A stretch of DNA of 64,000 nucleotides from Camelus ferus. Its lineage: Eukaryota. This document shows positions 54,541 through 64,000 of the stretch, in pieces. Within the stretch, counting starts at the first letter, position 1, and every line of letters begins with the position of its first letter. The notes beneath the pieces are model-generated. The model was not told the origin of the DNA. It worked only from the letters and a program-made list of their open reading frames with translations, and made no database searches. The position numbers were made by a program, and so were the translations under genes. Location: contig NC_045704.1 in NCBI RefSeq assembly GCF_009834535.1, forward strand, positions 49,044,001-49,108,000, given 5' to 3'.

Positions 54541-56819
54541 CAGTGAGGTTACTTGGAAACGTCCAGGCCAGGGCAGTGAGCCCTCTTCTTAAAGACTGAC
54601 CCCCTCGGGACTGACTTGTGTGACACTGATTTGATTCAGACATCTTCAAGTCTGTTTCGCCTCGCATGTCAGCATGTTGTAGGGGGATGCTGGGCGGGGA
54701 GGTGGCAGGAACTTTTCCACGGATAGGGGTTCGTATTAATTTCTTAAAGTTGTCGGATCACCTGGTGTCCCAGGTGGCTCCAATGCTGAGGCAGGTGTGG
54801 GAAATGTGTTACTCTTATCTGTTCTCACCCAGTCTTCCTTGTGACCAGCTGCGGGTTTGCACACGATGCTGTGAGCATTCAGAGGAACAGTTGAGAGAGA
54901 GTTGGAGCTGTCCTCTTGCTCTCGTTGACGTGTAGGCAGATCTGAGCATAACCAGGCCCAGTATTGAGGGGTTTCTTAGCAGAAATTGTTTTTCTTAGAG
55001 AATGTTATACAGTCATTTTCTTTTTAAGAACTATGATTTATTTTCAGTCATGTACATGATTTACTTCTTTGGTTTTTTCCTACTCCTTTGCACTCTTGCT
55101 TTGCTTTAGTTCTTCTGCCAAACCTTCTTGAATACTCTGATGCCTTCCTTTCTTCATTGTTTGCGTCCACTGTGAATCTTTTTTTTTTTTTTTTCCCTCA
55201 CCATGTCACTAACTCTTTTGAAGGTCATGAGCACAAGGTCAAAAATTATTTTTTTGGTTATCACCCTGGCCTTTTAACATTGTTTATTCAGTGGCTTGAA
55301 ACTCATCTGTTACTATGTTTCTAACGCCACCTTTGCAGTTCCCTTTATCTGCTAGGGAAAGTGCTGCCTTGTGGTTTTGTTCTCACAGCTATCCTTTTTT
55401 TTTTTTTTTTTTTTTTACCTCATCTCGTCTTAATTTAAAGATACTCATCTAATCTTGATTTAAAGGTTGCATGGAGTAATGATTCAATGGCAGACTCTAG
55501 GCCAGACTGCTTAGCTTTGAATTCATGCTCTGCCACTCACCAGTGTTACAGGACCTTGGGTGCCACAGAGAAGTGTCACATCACTTCTGTGTGCCACTGT
55601 TTCTTCTGGGGTAGAATAGAAATTATAGTATCTGCCTTACAGAGTTGTGAGGATTAAATTAGTTGTATCTATAAAACAGTGTCTGGCATATTGTAACTGC
55701 TTACAAGAATTTTGCCTTTTTAAACTTCTTTCAGGTTATTTAGGTAGTCCCTCAAATCTGGGGGCCTAGCCGTGAGATCTGAGTCATCATTAAGTTTTTT
55801 CCCCATCTCGTTTGTTTCTGTTCTCATCATTCATCAGCTTGTATTTCCTAGGTGCCCACGCTGAATGCTAGGAAAACCCTGATGCAGTTGTAATCATTCC
55901 CTGCTCTCAGAGAACTCCCTCATAACAGTAAGTAAACTACCACTTACTGAGTGCTGCTTCGGCGCCACTTGCCCTGTTCTTCCTGCACTGTCTGCTTTAG
56001 TCTTGGAGCCGCCGGGTGTAGTAGGTGTTCTAGCCCATGTTACAGATAAGGAGCCCAGAGACTGAGGGACTTGCTCCAAGTCATACACCTGAGGTGGGGG
56101 ACATTTTCAAACCCAGATCTGTCTGCTTCTGAAGTCTGAATTCTCAGCTTGATTGCCGTTTTGCTTCCCTGGCTGGCAAACAGACCATTATGTGGTGTGA
56201 CTGGCTCTGTGCTGGAGGAAGTAGTGCAGGGTGTTTGGGGGACAGGGAAGAGTCACCTGACCAAGTGTCAGGGGAGAGAGGGGACAAATGAGATGTCAAA
56301 CAGGCTGAGAGCTGAGGGGATTATCTTTATTTGGCGGGGAGGGTTGGCAGGAACCACACCAGTTAGCAGGAACATTCTGCACAGACCTGGAGGTGAATGA
56401 AAAACTAAACGTCTGACGTGTTTGAGGAGTTTCAAGTGATTCAGTCTGACTTGGTTAGAATGTGAAAGGAGAGGAAAGAAATGAGCAGATAGTGAAGGGT
56501 CTTACCCTTTGGATCAAGGAATTGGACTTTTTCTGAGGGCATCAGATAGTCGTTGACGGGTTTTAAGCTGGGGCATGAAATAGGATTTTCATTTTAGAAG
56601 ACTGGCCCAGACCTGTGTGTGAGAGCTGGGGGGGTGAGAATGATGTGCAGCGTAGAGGCTGGAAGCCCCATCGGGGAGCTTCTGCCTAAACTAGGTGAGA
56701 GGGGATGGCAGTCTGTGCTCAGGTAAGGGCAGTGGAGATGGAGAGAAGTCCGTCTCTCAGAGGGAAACGTACAGTGTGGAATTGTTAGGCGCTAATGATT
56801 GACTGGAGAGCAGAGGTGC

Positions 56820-58441
56820 ACCCAGGAGTGGGATTGCTGGATCATCTGGTAAGTCTGTTTTTAGTTTCTTGGGGAAATCTCCATACTGTTTTCCGTAACG
56901 GCTGCATGAAACTACATTCCCACCAACAGTGGAGGAGGGTTCCGTTTTCTCCACACCCTCTCCAGCATTTATCCTTTGTGGACTTTTGCATGATGGCCAT
57001 TCTGACTGGTGTGAGGTGATAGCTCATTGTAGTTTTGATTTGCATTTCTTTGATAGTTAGCGATGTTGAGCATTTTCTCATGTGCCTATTGGACATTTGT
57101 ATGTCTTCACTGGAGAATTGCTTGCTTAGGTCTTCTGCCCATTTTTGAATTGGGATGTTTGTTTTTTTCTTTTTAAGTTGTGTGAGCTGTTTATATGTTC
57201 TGGAGATTAAGCCCTTGTCAGTCTCATCTTTTGCAAATATTTTCTCCCATTCCGTAGGTTGTGTTTTTGCTTTCCTGTGGCTTCCTTTGCTGTGCAAAAG
57301 CTTGTGAGTTTAATGAGGTCCCGTTTGTTTACTTTTGCTTTTATTTCTGTTGCCTGGGTAGACTGCCCTGGGAGAACATTGCTGACATTTATGTCAGATA
57401 ATGTTTTGCCTATGTTTTCTCCTAGGAGGTTTATAGCGTCTTGTCTTATGTTTAATTTTGAGTTTATGTTTGTGTCTGGTGTGAGGGCCAATTCTAACTT
57501 CATTGATTTACATGTAGCTGTCCAGTTTTCCCAACACCATTTGCTGAAGAGACTGTGTTTACCTCCATTGTATGTTCTTGCCTCCTGTGTCAAAGATTAA
57601 CTGACCAAAAGTTAGTGGATTTATTTGTGGGCTCTCTGTTCTGTTCCATTGCTCCATATGTTTGTTGTTATACCAATACCATGCTGTTTTGATTGCTGTA
57701 GCTGTGTAGTATTGTCTGAAGTCTGGGAGGTTTATTCCTCCCTCTTCATTGTTTTTCTTCAGTATTGCTTTCGCAATTCTGGGTCTGTTGTGATTCCATA
57801 TATATTTGAGGATTATTTGTTCTAGATCTGTGAAAAATGTCCTGGGTCACTTGATAGGGATAGCATTAAATCTGTAGATTGCTTTGGGTGGTATGGCCAT
57901 TTTAACGACATTAATTCTTGCAATCCAAGAACATGGGATATCTTTCCATTTCTTTAAGTCATCTTTAATTTCCTTGGTCAGTGTTTTGTAGTTCTGTTTG
58001 TGTAAGTCTTTCACTTCCTGGGTCATATTTATCCCTAACTGTTTTATTTTTTTTAATGGAATTTAAGCGGGACTGTCTCTTTACTTTCCTTTTCTGACAT
58101 TTCAGTATTAGTGTAAAGAAATGCCACTGATTTCTGTGTTAATCTTGTATCCTGCTACCTTTCCATATTCTTTTTACAGCTCTAGTATTTTTTGTGTGGA
58201 GCCTTTAGAATTTTCTATATATGGTGTCATGTCATCCACGTGTAATGACAATTTTACCTCTTCTCTTCCAGTTTGGATCTTTTTTATTTCTTCTTCTTTT
58301 TTTCCCCCCCGAATTGCTGTGCCTAGGAGTTCCAGTACTATATTTAATGGAAGTGGTGAGAGTGGGCATCCTTGTCTTGGTCCAGATGTTAATGGGAAGG
58401 CTTTCAGATTTTCACTGTTGCATAGTATGCTGGCTCTAGGT
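56820..58441 (-). mobile_element. LINE-1 ORF2 fragment lacking its 3' end
   Basis: ORFs 56842-57297 and 57207-57593 are L1 ORF2 pieces. Confidence 0.9.
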
Positions 58442-61400
58442 GGATTTTCATTATAGAAGAGTGGCCCAGAGCCCTGTGTGGGGGCTGGGGGGTGAGAATG
58501 GTGTGCAGAGTAGAGGCTGTAGAGGCTGGAAGCCCCGTAGGGGAGCTTCTGCCTAAACTGAGTGAGGGGATGGCAGCTTGTGCTCAGGAAAGGGAAGGGA
58601 GATGGATAGAAGTCCGTCCGTCAGAGGGAAACGTAGAGTGTGGAATTGTTAGGTCCTGATGATTGACTGGAGAGCGGAGGGGAGAGAAAGGGAGAATGCA
58701 GGCTGACACCCAGGGTTGTAGTATGTGGTGTCCCTGGGGGACACAGGAAGTGGACAGAGTTGGAGACTGAGGAAGACGGCTTCACCTTCTGTGCTCAGTT
58801 TGACCCGTGGGGGTCCAAGTGGCCGTGGCGGTTCTTCAACTAGACGTGCTGGCCTGAGGCTCAGGGTAGCTGTCAGGGGTTAGGCCGTGAGTCATAGGAG
58901 AGGGAGTCGCCTGGATGATAATGGACGGGGGAGAGGAGCTGGTCAGGGAGCCCTTTAGGGTCATCAGCACATAGAGAAGGCAGAGGAGAGAGGCCGGCGA
59001 GTCGTGATCCGGGCAGTGGGTGTCACACAAAACAAGGAAAGAGTGTGTGAGCAGGAAGGAGGCACCCATGGGCGAGTGAGCTGGTGCCAGAAAATGCCCC
59101 TGGACTAATAGCAGCATTAGTGTTCCTCTGAGAGTGGTGTCGGTGGCCTGTGGGGCAGAAGGCCGCCTGCTTTTGGTTCAGGAGAAAGTAGGATGGGGGT
59201 AAAGTTGGGGGGGGGGAGTAGAAGTAGGTCTTTCCGTGTATTGTTTATTGAGTGAAAAAGATAGGTTGTGAAGCACATGTTAAGAAATTTTTGCTTAAAA
59301 ATTCCACTGGCAGACCGTGCCATCACCAAGGTAAAGAAAAGCGGGACTCATGACAAAGGTGGTGGCAAACAAGTGGACATCAGGGCAGTTCACTGCTGCA
59401 GAAATAATCTGGGAAGTTATCATGAACACTGGTGTTGGTGAGCTTTGCGTCTTGGGAAATCTTAATTGCCTCCCGTGTTTGAGTTTTTGCAAAGACCATC
59501 ATTTTATAATTTATAATTTGTAGAATTAAAAATTGCTGACCGAAGAAGGTTATGGAGCTTTGTTTTATTTCTTAAATCTGCTGGGTGGGGGGTGGGGTAC
59601 TTGAGCGTACCTAAATGGCAGAGGAGGAGGAGGGAAACCAGAAGGTGTCTGACAGAGGAGGACAGTTGATGGAGCTTGGTTCTTGGGAAGGAAGCAGAAG
59701 CGGGATCCAGGCGCCTGTGAGAGAACTAGGTTTTGACCCTGTGCAGGATGGCAGAGGTGGCTGCAGATGATGCAAGGAGGTTTACAGGTGGAGTTTCAGG
59801 GGTCAAGATGAGACAGGTTATCTGCTTAGATGAAGGGAGACAGGAGGATGGGGTCCAAGGTCGGGAGAGGAGCAGCGTTATGGGTTCAGAACCCGGATGG
59901 GGCTTTACAGGAGGTAGCCTGGAGCTAGGAACAGGGTGCCTGCCAGCACAGCCACAGTGGAACGGGGTCTTTTTTAAGCATGACCAGGTGGTAATGGTGC
60001 AGAAGGATGAGGATGCCGACCCTGACCCTACCTCTCGATGGTGAGGTCAGGGGAACAGGGCTGGCCATGTGCCAGAGGAGACTTGCATTTCTGTTGAGAC
60101 ACAGGTGGAGAGGACATCAGTGAAGGGGTGGGCATATAACTTTGGAAAGGATGTTCTGAGGGGCGCAGTGGAGAAGTCTGATGGAGAGGAAAGCAGAGAG
60201 GGATTGGATCTGGAGAGAGAAATTGGTTACGTGGAGATGAGCTTACAGCAAGACTAGCTGTGTGGAGAAGCTTGTGTCTTGAGACAGAGTTTGGCAGGGA
60301 CACGAGGCATGATGGCACCCCCAAAGTGGCCCAAATAGTTAGTCCCTCGTTGGTTGGGATTTTTCTCGGAATACAATCTGTACCCGCGTTGGTCACGGTT
60401 GTGAGTCCTGTCTGATGGATGGGCGTGGATACTTTGGCCTTAGATGACTGGGGCTGATGGTGGAGCCCACTGGGTCCCGGGGCTGGTAGTGGAGGTGCCG
60501 GTGATACTAGCGGTGTGCTGCCCTGATGTCTGCTGTTGCCACCCCTCTGGTCTGAAGTCCTCATCTTCCTGTACTTCAGTGACTGCACAGTCAGCCAGCA
60601 GGTCTTTCTTCAGTTTCTTGAAACTTGAACAGTCCTCTCTTTTGCTGTTAGATAAATTTTTCTAAAACTCTGCCTTTCTCATTTTCAGTTTGTGGTACTG
60701 GGCCACGTCAGACCAAATATCCAGCGTCTTCCCCGGTCTGGCTCCACCTGACTTCAGTTTCTGCTCCCAGGACTCAGAGACACTGAGGCCTCCGAGCCAG
60801 ATCCCTTCCTGTCCTCCACCAGCCCGCAGGGTCAGACTTGTTCTGCAGCTTGACTGTGTGTGCTTTCTGTCTCTCCTTGTCCCAGTTTTATCCTCCCAGG
60901 CTCAGCTTAGGTCTTATTCTCTATATGATCCCTTTCCCGATAGGCATGGCCTGCGTTCTTTTTCTTCTCTAAGCTACGACATTTACTGTCTGGTAGAGAC
61001 ATTGCAGCCGGTGGCTCGTGTGTGAGTGGTGAGCCTGAGGAGACGAGTCATCCCTCCTTTCTGGAGCAGACATCCAGTACCTTCAACTCTACCGCATCGC
61101 CGTGGAAGCGCGAGGCACGCCTCCTCTGCTATGGCTTTGCATCCCGTCTCTCTGTCTTTCTCTGGGACCGCATCCTTTCTTATTCCCTCTCCTTCCTCAC
61201 CCACCTCTTTCCCTTTTCCTGGCTCATCCTGGCAGCGGTGAAACATTCTTAATAGTCCCCAGTTAAAAAACAGACCTTGCTGTGCTCCATGTTTTCCCTT
61301 CCCCTTCCGAGCTCAGTGTCACAGTCTCCTGCGCCCCACCCCCCGCTCACTTACACTTCAGTTTGCTCTGGCGTGTATTCCATCCCTCCATCCCCTGAAA

Positions 61401-62509
61401 ATGTTCTTTTTTAGGACACCTGGGCCTCTGTGTTGTGAAATTCTGGTGGACACGCGGCCACCTTGCTCCTTCCTCGGCACCCTCTGTAGTGACCGCTTCT
61501 TCACACACGTCCCTCCCTGGGCTTCGGTGACACCTCTGCCTGGTGTTCTTCCGCCTCCCTAGCGACTCCTTCTTCATCTCTTCAGCCACTTCTCTTTCTC
61601 TGGATGCTCTGTGAGTCTGCCCCAGCATTCAGTCCTGCCTCTAGTCCTTCTCTTCCTCGTGTGTACGTGCGGGGAGCCTCAGAAGTCTTGGTGTTCGAAA
61701 TGCTGGGGCTTCAGGAATTGTATACATGCTGATGACCTCCGAATCACACTCCAAGTTTCAGGCTCGCATGTCCGGGTGCTGCTCGATGTTTCCACATGGA
61801 TGCCTGACGGGTCCTTCGCACTTGACATCAGGGAGTGGAATATTTCATTGTACACACACGTGCACACCCTCACAGCCTCCCTCCTGCTCGCTCTCCTTCC
61901 CTGCCTCCCTCCCTATTATTTCTGATCCTTCTCATAGAGTAAGTGGCCCCAGTTGCTTAGCCCAGAAACTTAGCCATCATCCTTATTCCTCCCTTTTCCC
62001 CATTTTAACATCTGGCTTGTTGGCACATAAGTTCTGTCATTTCTGCTTCCCCAACGATCCAGTCACTTCTCTGAGTCTGCTGCCATCATCCTTTCTGAAC
62101 CCCCACGGCACCCCCTTGGACACCTACAGTAGTAGCACCTGACTCACCTCTGTTTTCCCCTCCTCCAATCCACTCTGCACCATGGAGCCAGCCTGACCTT
62201 AGGAAAACACACCCCATCATTTCATTCCCCTGCTGCAGTATTTTCCTTCGCACTTAGAATCAGTCCCGCTGCTCGTGGTGGTGTCTGAGAGCCATGTACG
62301 ATTGCTCTCTGCCGCCTCTCCAGCCTTGTCTCAGGTCGTCTCCCCTCGCTCACATGCTGTGGACACGCCGGCCTCCTTTCTGTGCTTGGACTCATCCAGG
62401 TCTGTCTCACTTCATGGCCTTTGCACGTGCTCGTTCTTCTGTCTGGCACACTTGTAGCTCGTTCTTTTCCATCCATCAGGTCTTCTCAAATGTCACCTTC
62501 TTTCTGACA

Positions 62510-62842
62510 TTTATTTATTTATTTATTTGAATTACAGTCAGTTTACAGTGTTGTGTCAATTTCCGGTGTACAGCACAACTTTTCAGTCATACATGAACAT
62601 ACACATATTTATTTTCATGTTCTTTTTCACCGTGAGCTACTACAAGATCTTGAATATATTTCCCTGTGCTATACAGTATAAAGTTGTTTATCTATTCTGC
62701 GTATACCTGTCAGTATCTACAAATCTCGAACTCCCAGTCTGTCCCTTCCAACCCCCCTCCCCCCTCCCCCCTGGCAACCACAAGTTTGTATTCTATGTCT
62801 GTGAGTCTGTTTCTGTTTTATATTTAAGTTCATTTGTCGTCG

Positions 62843-62880
<38 letters not shown>

Positions 62881-63431
62881 TTCCACATATGAGTGATATC
62901 ATATGGTATTTTTCTTTCTCTTTCTGGCTTACTTCACTTAGAATGACATTCTCCAGGGACAACCGTGTTGCTGCAAATGGCATTATGTTGTCATTTTTTA
63001 TGGCTGAATAGTATTCCGTTGTATAAATACACCACAACTTCTTTATCCAGTCATCTGTCGATGGACATTTATGTTGTTTCCATGTCTTGGCTATTGTAAA
63101 TAGTGCTGCTCTGAACATCGGGGTGCAGGTGTCTTTTTGAAGTAGGGTTCCTTCTGGATATATGCCCAGGAGTGGGATTGCTGGCTCATCTGGTAAGTCT
63201 ATTTTTAGTTTCTTGAGGAATCTCCATACTGTTTTCCACAGTGGCTGCACCATACTGCATTCCCACCAACAGTGTAGGAGGGTTCCCTTTTCTCCACAGC
63301 CTCTCCAGCATTTGTCCTTTGTGGACTTTTGCATGATGGCCATTCTGACTGGTGTGAGGTGGTACTTCATTGTAGTTTTGATTTGCATTTCTCTGATAAT
63401 TAGTGATACTGAGCATTTTTTCATGTGCCTG
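62510..63431 (-). mobile_element. Young 5'-truncated LINE-1
   Basis: Open ORF2 C-terminus (ORF 62876-63526), 3' UTR, (TTTA)n tail, short TSD TTCTGAC. Confidence 0.9.
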
Positions 63432-63787
63432 TTCTGACCATCGTATTTTGACTGTGCCCCTAATGACTCCATCATGCTAGCTTTGTTACTTGTTTCATTT
63501 GTGCATTGGCTTCTTGTCTCTCCCAAACGTAAGTTGTGTAAAGGCAGGGGCCTCGTCTTCCGTGTTCACTGCTGTATCTACAGCTAGCAGTGTGTCTGGA
63601 ACTCAGTAAGTTCTCAGACTTTTGCTGAACGAACAATTACTATTCTCTGTTTCAGCCCTTTCTTATTAATTCTATGCACTGAATACAGTGGTATGAAATA
63701 TGTTTGGTTTTTCTCTGTCTAGTTGGAATTCTGGGGATCTCCTTCTTAGCTGAGTGAGAGCACATCTCCCAGTTGCTGGCGGACGTG

Positions 63788-64000
63788 ATGTTTCACCGGT
63801 TGCTATCAGTGGTCCGAAGACAAAGAAACAGCCGAGGATGGCAGAAGTGGTCCTCAGTCAGAAGCGGTGCATTCGTCGCCGAAGCGCATTCCGTTGCCCT
63901 GCCTGCCGAGGCACACGTGGTCATCTGTGGGGGTGGAATCATGGGCACATCTGTGGCCTATCATCTCTCTAAGATGGGATGGAAGGATATTGTCCTTTTG
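63788..64000 (+). CDS. PDPR: Pyruvate dehydrogenase phosphatase regulatory subunit, first coding exon (runs off the window)
   Basis: [23 protein letters not shown]...[28 protein letters not shown]: mitochondrial transit peptide plus FAD-binding GxGxxG. Confidence 0.95.
   Translation, partial: MFHRLLSVVRRQRNSRGWQKWSSVRSGAFVAEAHSVALPAEAHVVICGGGIMGTSVAYHLSKMGWKDIVLL

Overview
Mammalian genomic DNA, probably camelid (tRNA-derived SINEs resembling Vic-1), syntenic with human 16q22. In order: the 3' half of AARS1 (+, last 10 coding exons), intronless EXOSC6 (+), a compact intron-containing hnRNPC/RALY-family gene that keeps the leucine zipper but shows no RRM (-), a decayed tRNA-Gly(GCC), a possible degenerate AUTS2/FBRS-like remnant (+, speculative), a nested ERV1/L1/SINE block, a single complete CLEC18 gene (-, 12 exons), L1/LTR repeats, then the PDPR CpG-island promoter and first coding exon (+). 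The most notable element is the RRM-less hnRNPC/RALY-like gene: its best splice model starts at an ATG on the antisense strand of the decayed tRNA, created by a CpG transition. All family assignments are from recalled sequences, not database searches.
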